The notes under the pieces were generated by a model that was given only the letters and a program-made list of their open reading frames with translations, made no database searches and was not told the origin of the DNA. From Camelus dromedarius (Eukaryota), in assembly GCF_036321535.1 (NCBI RefSeq), contig NC_087438.1:4776001-4840000 (forward strand): a stretch of DNA of 64,000 nucleotides. Direction: 5' to 3'. Positions 48,217 to 61,400 of this stretch are shown here, piece after piece (the stretch's first letter is position 1; every line of letters starts with the position of its first letter). The translations under genes and the position numbers were made by a program.

Positions 48217-50090
48217 TGCATCAAAAAAAAAAAAAAGATAAAATACTTAGGAATAAACCTGACAAAGGAGATGAAAGACTTACATGCTGAGAACAATAAA
48301 ACATTGATAAAAGTTATTAGAGATGATTTAAAGAAATGGAAAGCTATCCCATGCTCTTGGATTAGAAGAATTAATCTTGTTAAAATGGCCATACTACCCA
48401 AAGCAATCTACAGATTTAATGCAATCCCTATCAAATTACCCAGGACGTTTTTCACAGAACTAGAATAAATTATCCTAAAATTTACATGGAAGCACAAAAG
48501 ACCCAGAATTGCCAAAGCAATACTGAGGAAAAAAAAAAAAAAAGAATGAAGCTGGAGGCATAACCCTCCCAGACTTCAGACAATACAACAGAGCTACAGT
48601 AATCAAAACAGCATGGAGCCAGCACAAAAACAGACATATGGACCAACGGAACAGAACAGAGAGCCCAGAAGTAAACCCACAGATTTATGGTCAATTAATC
48701 TTTGACAAAGGAGGCAAGAATATACAATGGAGTAAGACAGTCCCTTCAGCAAGTGGTGTTAGGAGGCCTGGACAGCAGCAGGTACATGAATGAAGCTAGG
48801 ACACTCCCTCACTCCACACGCACAAATAAACTCAAAATGGCTTAAAGACCTAAATATAAGACAAGACACTATAAACCTCTTAGAAGAAGACAGGCAAAAC
48901 ATTCTCTGACATAAATCTTAACAATGTTCTCCTAGGGCAGTCTTCTCTAGCAATAGAAATAAAAGCAAAAATAAGCAAATGGGACCTCATTAAACTTACA
49001 AGCTTTTGCAGAGCAAAAGAGAGCATAAGCAAAACAAAATGACAACCTATGGAGTGGGAGGAAATATCTGCAAATAATGCGACTGACAAGGGTTAAACCT
49101 CCAGAATATACAAACAGCTCACACAGCTCAATAACAAAAAGCCAAACAATCCAATAAAAATGGGCAGAAGACCTAAATAAACATTTCTCCAATGAAGACA
49201 TACAAATGACCAACAGGTGCGTGAAAAGATTCTCAGTGTTGCTAATTATCAGAGAAATGCAAATCAAAACTACAGTGAGGTATCACCTCATGTCAGTCAG
49301 AATGGCCATCGTTTAAAAGTCCACAAATGATAAATGCTAGAAAGGGTGTGAAAAAAGGGAACCCTCCTATACTGTAGATGAGAATTCAATTTCGTGCAGC
49401 CAATATGGAAAACAGGATGAAAAGTCCTTTAAAAAACAAAACAAAACTAGAGTTACCATACGACCCAGCAACCCCATCCCTGGGTACACACCCAGAGAAA
49501 ACTCTAATTCCAAAGGACACATGCACCTCAATGTTCATAGCAGCACCGTTTACAATAGCCAAGATACGGAAGCAGCCTAAAAGTCCATCCACAGGTGACT
49601 GGATAAAGAACTTGTGGTAAAACATATATAATGGAAAACTACTCAGATATAAAAAAGAATGAAGTAATGCCATTGGCAGCAACATGGATGGACCTAAAGA
49701 TTATCATACTAAGTGAAGTAAGTCAGACAGAAACACAAATATTATTTGGTATCGCTTATAAGTGGAATCTAAAAAAATGATACAAATGAACTTATTTACA
49801 AAACAGAAACAGACTCACAAACATAGAAAACAAATGTATGGCTACCACGGGGAAAACGTGGGGGTAAATTAGGAGTTTGAGATTAGCAGACAGAAACTAC
49901 CATATTCGGGACAGATAAAGAACAAGGTCCTACTGTAGAGCACAGGGAACTATATTCAATATCTTATAATAACCTGTAATGAAAAAGAATATACTTACGC
50001 ACATACATACACACATAAATGTGTAACTGAATCACTATACTGGACATCAGAAACTAACACAACATTGTAAGTTAACCTATATTCAATTAA
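48217..50090 (+). mobile_element. L1, 5'-truncated (~1.9 kb): ORF2 3' part and 3' UTR, with TSD
   Basis: ORF 48271 [39 protein letters not shown] 49378 ELPYDPA...CTSMFIAA; TSD aaaaccacacttattca (48200-48216) / aaaaacatacttattca (50089-50105). Confidence 0.95.
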
Positions 50091-50431
50091 AAACATACTT
50101 ATTCAACCTAGTAAAATATTTTCAAATTGCGTCTGTGCTCCTGGTTTCTGTTGTAACTGTTCTGGTGTCTTCTATCAGAACAATTTATAATTCTCAAAAC
50201 AATTTGGAATTCTCAACTTGGATAAGCCTTCTGCGTCTTCCGTCTCTGCCACTTGTTCCATCGTTACATAGATTTCCTTTTCCCATTCCTAGTCGCATAG
50301 GCTACGACCCCTCTCTCATTGACTGAACATCCTGCAGCAAACTTCTCTTCGTGCTGCCTCCCCTGTCCATCCTCAGTGCGCCTGGGTTTCAACCTACCTG
50401 CAGCCCTTGCTTTGTCAGCCCTCTGGCTGCC

Positions 50432-50447
50432 TGTGTGTGTGTATGTA

Positions 50448-50491
<44 letters not shown>

Positions 50492-50530
50492 TTGAAGTAT
50501 AGTCAGTTTACAGTGTTGTGTGAATGTCCA
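50432..50530 (-). repeat. (TG)n microsatellite abutting a ~40-bp L1 3' tip
   Basis: TG array followed by tttgttgaagtatagtcagtttacagtgttgtg. Confidence 0.8.
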
Positions 50531-51327
50531 CCGACAGATGTCCAGCCGCCTTTTCATCTCAGCCAATTTGCTCCTAAAACCTTTCTGCTCCTTTTGACAG
50601 AGGACAGATCAGTTTGGATATTAGTGAGTGCACCCCTCACATTTCTAAGTCATCCACTCTTCATGGTGTTAGTTTTTTTCAGAGACATGCTCTTTTTCTA
50701 AATTTTCATAATGATGTTCCTATTTCATTTCTTTCTCGCAGTGTTTATTTTTATATGTTCTATTTTTTTGCAGTCTGTCTTTTCCAAAAGTCCTATTTTG
50801 GGGCAGTATTTTTTTTCCATAAGTTCTATTTTCCCCCTGATTACTGTCCAACTCTCTTACACTCCAAAGACTAAGCAGATAAAGTCCATTATAGTCTTTA
50901 GCATCCCTTGCCACCAGGATTCTTTCTGCTCTTGTGCCCGTCTGTACTGCGGGGACTAAGTTCCTAAGACGCAATGTGCTGCCTCCTGTCTCCTTTGCTC
51001 CACTGTCTGCCACGCTGTTCCTGGAGTGGGTGTTGGTGGTGATGGAAATCAAAAGCTCAGTTGCTTCTAGAACTAACAGCCAAGAAGGAGAGAGACAACT
51101 AAATATTTTTCTGACCTGTAAAGATCTTGTGCTTCTGAACTTCAGAGCACAGGGGGCCCAAAGCTATAGGATTAAAAATGATAAATTCACATTTTAAAAC
51201 TCAGCTAAAGTTTATTTAACAAAAAGAACGCGTGTTAGTAGACATGTCCTTAAATTACTGAGAAACTCGACACAAAAACTTGATAGGGAAGTGCTCTCAG
51301 CTGGTTATTGTTTTTGTTTTATAGATC

Positions 51328-51728
51328 GGTGTGTTTAGGGCTGCGTTCCTTTCTGAGCACTTTCTCTAGGTGAGAATCTGTGGGCCTTTTCCAGCGTATA
51401 AAGGCCACCTGCATTCTCTGGCTTTTTGGCTCCTTCCTCCATCCTCTTAGCCAGAAACGGCAGGTCAAGGCCACGTTATGTTGCATCTCTCTGACCTCTC
51501 TTCAGCCAGTACGTCTCTCTCTAACCTCAACGGGGGAAGAGGCTCCACTTTGGAAGACTCATGCAGTCATCCGGGATCCCCCCACGTAATCAGGGACAGT
51601 CCTTCCTCTCAAGGTCCCCAATCTTAACCACATCTATAGAGTCCTCTTTGCCAGGTAAGGTAACGTACTCACAGGCTTGGGGATGAGAGCATTAACGTTT
51701 CTGAGGCCCACTGTTCTGCCTGTCACCA
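51328..51728 (-). mobile_element. MaLR LTR (MLT1D-like)
   Basis: gccttttccagcgtataaaggccacctgcattctctggct...accacatctatagagtcctctttgccaggtaaggtaacgtactcacagg. Confidence 0.8.
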
Positions 51729-51949
51729 AGAGCAGAGCTGGAAAGCATTTAGCAACGTAAGAACAACAGCAAAGTCGAAGAATAAAGGACTTCCCGGAGG
51801 ATTTGTAATTATTCTGTGTCTTATCGCAAAGGAGAGTCATCTGTGTGCAGGAAGCTCTCCTACAGGGGTTGTTACGTAACTTCTAACCTTCATTTGCTGA
51901 TGTTTGCTTACTAGGTTGTTGTTGGAAATTTCATTTTTTCCATAAAAAA

Positions 51950-52380
51950 TTTAACTGTTTTATTGAAGTATGATTGATATATAAAAAGTTGTACATATTT
52001 AATGTTCACAGTTTGATGAGTTTGGGGATGAGTACTCACCCGTGAAACCGTGCCTCTCAAGGCCATAAACGATCCGTCACCTCCCAAAGTTTCCACCGCC
52101 TGCATTATTATTATCATTTGTGTGTGTGTGTGTGTGCATGCGTGTGCGTGTGCGTGTGGTAAGAAAACTTAACACAAGATCTACCTTCCTAGACCATTTA
52201 CAGACACAGCGCAGCACTGTTAGCTGTGAGCCCTGCACTGCAGACTAGCCTTCTAGACTGGAGTGATCTTGGGTAACTAGCCTCATCCCGCGACCAGCAT
52301 TTCCCCATTTCCCCCTCTCTTCAGTCTCTGGCCACCACCTTTCTACTCTTCACTTTACTAACCTTATATTTTATGAATTT
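51950..52380 (-). mobile_element. L1MA9-like 3' UTR with internal (TG)n
   Basis: ttttattgaagtatgattgatatataaaaagttgtacatatttaatg...gtggtaagaaaacttaacacaagatctacc. Confidence 0.85.
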
Positions 52381-52843
52381 GTATTCAGTATTTTTGTGCA
52401 CTAATATGTACCCGATATATATATATATGCATATGTATATACATAGTATGTAAATAATACCATCTATCATATATTTTATGAAAAATGAGTACATAATACA
52501 AGGGAAAAAGCAGGTAACAAACCCGCATCTGTAGTATATCCCCCTGTAAAATATAGAAATGTGCAAATATTCACAGAGCAAATTTAGAAATACATTTTCC
52601 CAAACCTCTGACAGTGGTAGTCTCTGAAAGGGGAGTTACAGGTGATTTTGTTTCCTCCTTTCCTTAATCTCCAATTATATTTGTGACTTCGTGGGAAAAT
52701 ATTGTCACAATAGTCACCCTCAATGAGGTCCCAACAAACTTAAGGATGGTGTAGGTCATAAAAAACATCCTAGAGGTAATTAAGGAGCACCTTGTCCTGT
52801 GAAACAACAATAGAAACTTAAAACATTTCAACTTGTTGTATAG

Positions 52844-53336
52844 TTTTTGTTTTGTTTTGTTTTGTTGTTTTTTAAATTCCACATATGAGCAATCTCATAT
52901 GGTATTTTTCTTTCTCTTTCTGGCTTACTTCACTTAGAATGACATTCTCCAGGAACATCCATGTTGCTGCAAATGGCATTATGTTGTCAGTTTTTATGGC
53001 TGAATAGTATTCCATTGTATAAATATACCACCTCTTCTTTATCCAGTCATCTGTTGATGGACATTTAGGCTGTTTCCATGTCTTGGCTATTGTAAATAGT
53101 GCTGCTATGAACATTGGGGTGCAGGTGTCTTTTTGAAGTAGAGTTCCTTCAGATATATGCCCAGGAATGGGATTCCTGGGTCATATGGTAAGTCTATTCC
53201 TAGTCTTTTGAGGAATCTCCATACTGTTTTCCACAGTGGCTGCACCAAACTGCATTCCCACCAACAGTGTAGGAGGGTCCCCTTTTCTCCACAGCCTCTC
53301 CAGCATTTGTCATTTGTGGACTTCTGAATGATGGCT
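52844..53336 (-). mobile_element. Relatively young L1 ORF2 C-terminal fragment lacking the 3' UTR
   Basis: ORFs 53105-53344 and 52872-53114 give near-intact [19 protein letters not shown]...[20 protein letters not shown] with one frameshift; (CAAAA)n tail. Confidence 0.93.
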
Positions 53337-55149
53337 GTTAACATCGTTCTGAAATATAAGCTGTGGTACTAGCTGGTCTTTCTAATAAAGGAAGATGAAG
53401 CATAAAAATAAGAGATTGGGATTTTTCCACACATTTTAATAACTTAGAAGCATAAATTCAGATATGATTCCATGGACTTTGGCTAAACCCCCAAGCTGCA
53501 GTATTCAGCATTCTGGAGTGAATTTTCTAACCTCTGATGGGGTGCACAGCACTCCACTCCATGGTAGAAAAATGGCAGAAGTCATGCGAAGGAGGTGGTA
53601 GAGTGTGACTTACATAAAAAATGGACTTCATCTTGGGTGGGAGGAAGACCAGGGGTGTTGATCACGCCAGATAGGCAAGCTATGCATTTCAATTTTCCTT
53701 CCCTCCTTTTGCTGTAGAGAAATACTGGAAGACTTTAGAATTTTATTTCCTAAAAATTATGTGAGAGAACAAATAGAATTATCATGCTACACCACAAGTC
53801 TCGAGTGAAAACTCTCTACCACCTTCCCCATGAGACCCAGAGAAGTCCTGAGAATACTCTGTCCCAGTTTTGAGTGTCTGCAGGGCATCTTCCCTGGTAA
53901 GCTCTCACTGCAGTAAAGGCCAAGTTTGCAAAGACTCTTCCCCCAGCAAAAACACTCAAGAAAGGCACAGTTCAGGTGGGTATCACTCCCATGTTACACA
54001 GGTCACAAAATCACTGAAAGTATCATGTATTTGGGGGGCTTTGGTATTGTGACATCCACAACATATGTAGAGATGACTGGATGAACAGGACCTTTTTTTT
54101 TTTTATATCCAAAGACACATTTGTAACTTTCAAGTATAAATAGTGAGCGTTTAGATTCAGATAGTCTGATGATTGTTGGTTAACTTCTTGAAGTAACTCC
54201 GTTCTTGTGAGGATCCCTGGAGAAATGTCAAGATATACTGCTGTTTGGGGGATAGTCTCCACTGATGTGTGTCTGGCTGGGATGACAACTCCCCATGGGG
54301 GTGAACTAGCTCTTTGAAAATGAGATTCAACATCATGCCTCTCACTAACAAACACATTTTCAAATGCATTTCACAACTCAACTTCCCATAGCACCAGCTG
54401 GATGATAACAATAATCTTGTTGAATACATTTTGACATCAATAAATTGGGAAAAGCCCTAATGGGAAAAATATAAGGTAGGCACTATGACCAGTTCTTGAC
54501 AGATCCCTCCCATGGTCAACTTCTACCTTTTCCTACTGGAGTTTTATAAGTATGACATTCCTTGTTCTCCTGAGGATTTTCAACCCTGGACTTTTGTAAC
54601 AGAACCATAATTCAACATTTCAGTTTCATGCAAATAGTGAAGACCATGTGAGCCCTGAGAATGATAACTAAGACCCCAGCTTCAGGGCTTCACCCTGGTA
54701 AGTCATATACAAGTTACTTTCTCAGGATATTCCTTCTTTCTGAAAAATGTTCTACGATCTGGAGTCTGGAGACCGTGTGGGTAGATGGGTTTGGAAAGTC
54801 TGAAGTGACCTTTGAAGATTTTCAGTTCAAGTTTGTTCTACACATTCCTTTGTGTTCTTTCAATATCAAGGTGATTTCATTAAAAGCTACTACTTTAATT
54901 TCTATGACACATATTAACCATTTCGCCAGCAGTGGCTTCCCTTGAGTCATAGTTCATGTCAATCTAGATGCCTTGAAGAGACACCAGTGAATTTCTTAAC
55001 TGGCACTGAACCTCCAAGGCAAATTCTGCAGCAGCTCATCACTAAGACCCCAAGTATCAAAACCGAGCAGGCACATCACTCAGGAGAATCTAGGTTATGC
55101 CTGATGACAGTCATACCAAGCCCCCAGTGGTGCCACATAATGTCACTGC

Positions 55150-55470
55150 CTCATTGCCTTGGGTCTCAGTACCTGTCCAGGACCCCTGCCCTCCATGCTG
55201 TGGCTCAGACTTTCAGGCCATTTGCTTGGATTCTGGGGGTGTCTCTGTTTCAACAGGTGCTCCCACAATCATCACAGCAGGAGGGGTGACCTGGAGAGGT
55301 GACACCAGCCATCATAAGCTTCAGCCTGAAAACACACACATTACTTCTGCTTTGCTCTTTACAAGCCGGAAATGTTCACGTGGCCAAGATTCACTTTGCA
55401 GGCGGGGAGTTTACTCCTCTGTGAGCCTGGAAGTAGAAAAGAAAAGAATGCGAGTCAGTTTAGAAATGCC
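55150..55470 (-). mobile_element. Old MaLR LTR (MLT1K-like)
   Basis: gcttcagcctgaaaacacacacattacttctgct...cacgtggccaag...gtgagcctggaagtagaaaag. Confidence 0.5.
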
Positions 55471-56049
55471 TCCCACTCGGAATTATAATAACTCTCTGCG
55501 GGACACGCAGCAATGGCATCTGGCACGTATGTGGGGCTCGTAAGCTGTGCCTCCAGTATCTATGTAAATCTCCCTTTGATGAGATTTTTCAGTGGCAAGT
55601 GCTTTCAGTCAGGAATAAATAAATTTAAATTAAGGGTCTTCTCTCACATATTTTAGAGTAAAATTAAAAGCTTAAAAAATTATAAACTCCAGTAAACAAG
55701 CTTCATTTCTTGAATATAGCTCTGCACATCCAACAGCGGTTTTGTGTAGTCTACGTTGAACCTGTATGTGGAAGTAGGTGAAGTCACATTTTATTCATGA
55801 CACTGTAGGCGCTGTAAGTTTCTTTGTAAACTCTAGCCATATTATGATGTGACACATTTTTTTCATGATTATGAAATAGCTAGTGTTTGTTACTAACTTG
55901 AAATAAAGGCAAATGTGAAAAACAAAGTGAAAAAGTACCATTAGTGCCACATCTCAGAAATAACCAGTTACCATTCGGGGCTCTTGCTGTAAATGGGGTA
56001 AGATGTGAAGCAACCCACCAGTGGAGCAGTCCCCTGTAAACCCACAAGA

Positions 56050-56253
56050 GCATGCTGGGAGTTGCAAACTAACTTCCTTGTAGAATCACTGAAGAAGTGT
56101 GTTAAAAATAGCTTTCTGGGAGACTTTCCAAGTTTAATACATCAGAATTTCCAGGTGTGAGCCTCAAGAGTTTATAATTTTAATAAGCTCCTTAGACATT
56201 TCCTATAAAACCAACTCAGCCCAATTCCAAAAATAAATGTCTGGAAGCCACCA
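56050..56253. mobile_element. MER5-like hAT-Charlie MITE
   Basis: tagaatcactgaagaagtgtgttaaaaata...atcagaatttccaggtgtgagcctcaagag...ttttaataagctcc. Confidence 0.6.
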
Positions 56254-56492
56254 TTATATGATGTATGATTATATGTGTGCATGATGGTTACATATATGTA
56301 TGATGTATGACTACATGTATGCTATATGCTTGTTGCCAGTGTGGTGTGTAATTGCATGCATGTATGACTTGTGATGACTGCATGCATGGTTTATGATTAC
56401 ATGTGTATATGGCAATCACATGTATGAAGCATGATGATTACATGCATGACGTATGGTCTGTGTGTGATAATTACATGTGTGCATGATGATTG
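56253..56492. repeat. Degenerate ATG/CATG-rich tandem repeat
   Basis: Recurring atgattacatgtrtg-like unit at irregular ~19-24 bp spacing. Confidence 0.7.
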
Positions 56493-56499
56493 ATTCCTG

Positions 56500-56790
56500 G
56501 TCATTGGTGTCCCTCACTCCCTCACATGCCCATATTCAGCCTAACAATAGACTCTAGCTTCTACCAACTCACATCTCTCAAATCTGACCAATAACACCAC
56601 TCACCCACCTTGCCATCATCCTGGGCAAAACAATCATCACTTTTTGACTGGGCAATAGAAACATCTTCCTCAATGGCTTTACTGATTTTTTTCCTGCCTA
56701 GAATCATATTGTTAAAGTGTAGATGGGTGCCTGTTACCATCCACTGGCTCCTACTGCAGTGACAATGAAATACAGTTGAATTCCCAGGCT
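56500..56790 (+). mobile_element. L2 fragment
   Basis: ttctaccaactcacatctctcaaatctg...ccatcatcctgggcaaaacaatcatcac. Confidence 0.55.
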
Positions 56791-56807
56791 CGTAATGCTC
56801 TGCACAA

Positions 56808-56935
56808 GTGGTCCTCAAACAGACTCTTCCAGTTGTGCACCAGGAAGAGGCCAGGGACACTACTAACCAGCGCACAGGACAGCCCCCACAACAAATTATC
56901 TCTCCCAAATGTCAGTAGTGCTGACAGTGAAACGT
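56808..56935 (+). mobile_element. MER20-like hAT MITE fragment
   Basis: gaggccagggacactactaac...gcacaggacagcccccacaacaaattatct...ccaaatgtcagtagtgctg. Confidence 0.75.
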
Positions 56936-56999
56936 TCTGCTCTCCACAAGCTGGCTCTTCTACCAAACTTGTGTTTATTCATGACTGTAGCCATTTTCC

Positions 57000-57181
57000 T
57001 CAGTCCTCCCATCTGTAGAGCCAGAAACTTCCTAATTACTTGTGGGAGAGCCAGGATAAAGAGCTTCCCAAGCTGCATGAGGTTTTGCATGAGCATGAAA
57101 TAAGCCTTGTGTGTGCTGAGCCACTGAGACCCAGGGGCTGTCTGTGCCTACAGCATACACTGTCCTAACCTGACTCGTACA
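57000..57181 (+). mobile_element. MLT1-type LTR 3' end
   Basis: aaataagccttgtgtgtgctgagccactgagacccaggggctg...cctgactcgtaca. Confidence 0.65.
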
Positions 57182-57371
57182 CGTATCTCCCCAAGTCAAT
57201 GAATACACATTACCAACATGGATTTTTTAATGGCTGTACTGTTTTCCATTTAGGCTATACCACAATTTATTTGTTTTACTCCACTGTGAGAAGAGTTTAT
57301 TTTAGTTAAAAAGAAAACAAATAAAAGTAAACAGAAAAAAAAACTCCTAGAATTAATCAGCTGTTATAGAA

Positions 57372-57522
57372 AAACTGTCCTGCACACTATAGAATATTTC
57401 ATAGAATTCCTGGTCTCTGCCTACTAGATGCAAGCGGCATCCAAGTTGTGACAACCAAAAATGTCTCCAGACATTGCCCAGTATTTCCTGGGGACAGATT
57501 TCCTCCTGTTTGAGAATTACTG
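57372..57522 (-). mobile_element. MER20-like hAT MITE fragment
   Basis: ctgtcctgcacactatagaat...gttgtgacaaccaaaaatgtctccagacattgcc...gtttgagaattactg. Confidence 0.8.
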
Positions 57523-57624
57523 ATGTAGATCATTACAAGCCTAGAAAATGCATTTATAATTTACTGCCACTGCAGTGGGAAGCCAGTGGATGGTAATTGG
57601 CAGTATGGTGAGACAAGGGTCACT

Positions 57625-59400
57625 TTCTCAATCACTTTCCTATACACTAGCAAAATACAAGTGGGATTTGAAATCTAAAGCACAATACCATTTTTATTAG
57701 GACCCCACAAAATGAAATACTTAGGTATAAATTTAACAAAACATCTACAAGTTCTATATGAGGAAAACTACAAAACTCAGATGTGAGGGGAAAAAAACCA
57801 AGTAAATGGAGAGATATCCTATGTTCATGGATAGGAAGACTCAATATTATCAAGATGTCAGCTCTTCCCAACTTGATCTATATATTGAATGCAAACCCAG
57901 TCAAAATTCCAGCAAGTTATTTTATGGATATTGACAAACTGATTGTAAAATTTATACAGAGAGGCAAAAGATCCAGAATAGCCAACATAATATTGAAGAA
58001 GAACAAAATCAGAGGACTGATACGACCTGAATTCAAGACTTACTGTAAAGCTACAATAATCAAGACAGCAGTGTAAGAAAAAATAGACAGATTGATCCAT
58101 GAGCAGAATAAAGTCCAGATATAGACCCACATAAATACAGTCAACAGACCTTTGACAAGCAATTTAGGCACAGATCCTTCATCCTTCACAAATATTAATT
58201 CAAAATGGATCATAGACCTAAATGTAAAAAGCAAAACTACAAAAGGTAATATAGGAGAAAACCTAGATGCCCCTGGTTATAGTGATGACTTAATGACTTC
58301 TTAGATGCAACACCAAAGGCACCATCCATGAAAGAAAGAATTAATAGGCTGGACTTCATTAAAATTAAAAACCTCTGTTCTGCAAATGATAATACCAAGA
58401 GAATGAGAAGAAGACAAACCACAGACTGGGAGAAAGCATTTGCAAAAGATTGATATGATAAAAGATTATAATCCAAAAATTTATAAAGAACTCTTAAAAC
58501 TCAACAAGAGAACAAAAAATCCAATTAAGAAATGGGTCAAAGACTTTAACAGACACTTCATCAAAGATGATATGGATGGCAAATAAGCACATGAAAATGA
58601 TGCGCCACATCATGCGTCATCGGGGAGATACAAAGTAAACAATAAGATATCGATGCACAGTTACTAGAGTGGCCAAAATCAGGAACACTGACAACACAAA
58701 ATGCTGGAGAGGATATGAAGCAACAGGAACTCCCATTCACTGCTGGTGGGAACGCAGAATGGTGCAGCCACTTTGGAAGACAGTTCGGTGGTGTCTTACG
58801 GAACCAAACTTACTCTTACCACATGATCCAGCAATCATGCTCTTTCATATTTACTCAGATGAGTTGAAAATGTACATCCACGCAAAAGCCTTTAAACAGA
58901 TGTTTATAGAACCTTTATGTATAACTGCTGAAACAACCGAGATGTCCTTCAGCAGGTGAATGGATAAATAAACTGTGTTGTGTCCAGACAATGGAAGATT
59001 ATTCAGTGCTAAAAAGAAATCAGCTAGCAAGCCATAAAAAGACAAGGAAAAACCTTAAAGGCGTCTTATTAAGTGAAAGAAACCAACCTGAAAAAGCTAC
59101 ATTTGATACCAACTATGTGACATTCTGGAAAATGCAAAACTATGGAAACAATAAAAAGATCAGTGGCTGCAGGCGTTAAGAGTGGGAAGGGACGGGTCGG
59201 TGGAGAACAGAGAATTTGTACAGCAGTGAAAAGACCACGTATGGTAGCATCATGGTGGAGACATGTCATTACACATTTGTCCGAACCCATGGAATGCACA
59301 GCACCAAGAGGAACCGCAGGGTGAACTCTAATTGGGGTGATTGTGATGCGCTGATGCAGGCACATCAATTGTAACACATACACGACTCTTACGGGAGATG
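57625..59400 (+). mobile_element. L1MC-like ORF2 3' part and 3' UTR
   Basis: ORF 57783 KWRDILCSWIGRLNIIKMSALPNLIY; ORF 58669 KCWRG...HCWWE; 3' UTR catgtcattacacatttgtccgaacccatggaatg. Confidence 0.9.
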
Positions 59401-61249
59401 ACGTGCAGGGTTAAAACGTATTTTCTTTGTCCTCTAAGGTTGACCAGGAGTTTCCAAACGCTGGTCTTCTGGGATTTAGGAAGTAAATTCACGTTCATCC
59501 TCCCCAGTAAATTTCATAGTTTTGTAATGTTTGAACATGCGATATGTAACGGCCCCTGAGCTGCCTGTAGTAAAACTTCTTAATATTTCTGATCTGAGTG
59601 TGTAAAGAAGGTATTGGCACTTGCTTCCGTCGGGGGCTGAGACCCATCGTACCCAGACTCCCAGAGAAGTGCCCCACGCGCAGCAGGCACTCTGTGCGTT
59701 TCACAGTTTGTGGTCACTGTGGGCACTAATCAGATTTTAAAGTGCTCAGCAGTCGATGGGAGTCAGGGAAGGGAGCCTCCTCTGCTGAGACTTTTTTTTC
59801 ATAGGGAGGGAAGGAAACAGAATTAAACTCACAAAAAACAGAGGGCACAGAGGAAAGCCTGTTTGGTTATTTATTTTGAATTAGGGAGACTTCAGTTGAG
59901 TTTTGAAACCCTCTGAGAGTCAAGGGTCACCAGCTTTGATGCTGACGCTGGTGTCCACTTTGTGAAGACTCGAGGCGTGTGGCTACTATCCCGGAAGTAA
60001 GGAGGCATCAAGGTCCAGGGTAGCAAGAATGACACAAATGTTTCTGATGGTGCCCTGCTGTTTTTGCGACGCAGAACATACCGGCAGGCGATGTTTTTGA
60101 GGCCAAATTCTAAGCAGGACTCATATCCAAATTTTTCCTTTTGCCTATTAAATGACCGTGACTCATCCCTAATACTATCTGGGGTCAGATTGTTTTATTA
60201 AAGGACAAAATTAAACTAAAATCCGCAGGAAGACAAAGAGACACATTTGGACCTTTTTGTTCTCTGTAAATTAAAACTTTGTTTGCCTAGGCTATCACAG
60301 GAAACAATAAATTGTGGTTTATAAGTTTAACTCCAGTGAAGCAAACTTAGATGGCTGAGTTGCTTTTAGAGGAGAAAATAGGAGAAATCTAGAAGCTCCG
60401 ATCACGTCAAGCTTAAAAGTTTGGCAAAAACAAAAGTGTAATTTGTAATAATACTTAAGAAGTCTAAAGAGTACAAAAATCTAAAATTCTGTACAGGTTT
60501 TCAAATTTTCTCCCAAAAGGATTACGAAAGTGTCTTGGACATCAAACTGTCATGCCTTTTGCCATGTACAATAAATGTGATAGTCTTAGTTTGGTGATTT
60601 GATGGAAAGAAAGCAAATAAGTCAGAAAGATGTGGGGTTTTAGAGTATTCCATTGGCCACATATCTGATTGTCCTTGCAGTGGTTTTATTTTGCAACACT
60701 GTAGAATCCTAATGAGATATGAAGAAAGGAAGCCTAGAAAACAAGTGAATTTCCATATTGGCAGGGACAGAGGCATGTCAGCTGAAGGGAATTAGCCAGG
60801 ACTGCAAGCCTCACTGGGCTTTTCCTGACCCAGCATCTTAAACTGCCCTCATCTGAGAGCATCCGACCACAGGCTATTAGAAATGTTTTTGCACATTTTC
60901 TACAATAGAATAAGCAATGTGGCAACAGGACGATCAAGGTAAAGAAATGTGATTAACTTAGATCCAAACATATTTTGTTCTGTTTGATGGTTTTCAATGC
61001 TCAAAAAGGAGAGAACTGGATAATATAGGAAGATATTTTGTAAAACAAAGTAACCTTTGGCACATTGGCTGAAAAAGGCTAGGCAAGGAAAGTAGGTAAT
61101 GGTCTCACCCCCAAGAACAAAGGAAAACAAATGTTTATTTATGGAGAGCTCATAGAAACTAACATAGCATGGATACATAGCCTGTCCTTACGTGTTATGA
61201 TTTATGTTGGTGCTTTTTCTGATTGGGGGCAGAACAGCTCACATTTTGC

Positions 61250-61400
61250 ATCTTACGTACTATGCAAGGTATTTGCACATCCAGGTGTTTGTACCTCAGC
61301 TCCTCTCACAATCCCTATGATACAGGCACGTGCCCCACTTTTTATAGGCAAAGCCACTGAGATGCAGAGTTTGAGGATTATGCTGGACCACGCCTCATTT
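61250..61400 (-). mobile_element. MIR fragment
   Basis: cctctcacaatccctatgatacagg...ccccactttttataggcaaagccactgagatgcagag. Confidence 0.6.

Noticed and set aside
56253..56492. CRISPR-like repeat-spacer array
   Set aside because: Units are degenerate, there are no unique spacers or cas genes, and the DNA is mammalian.
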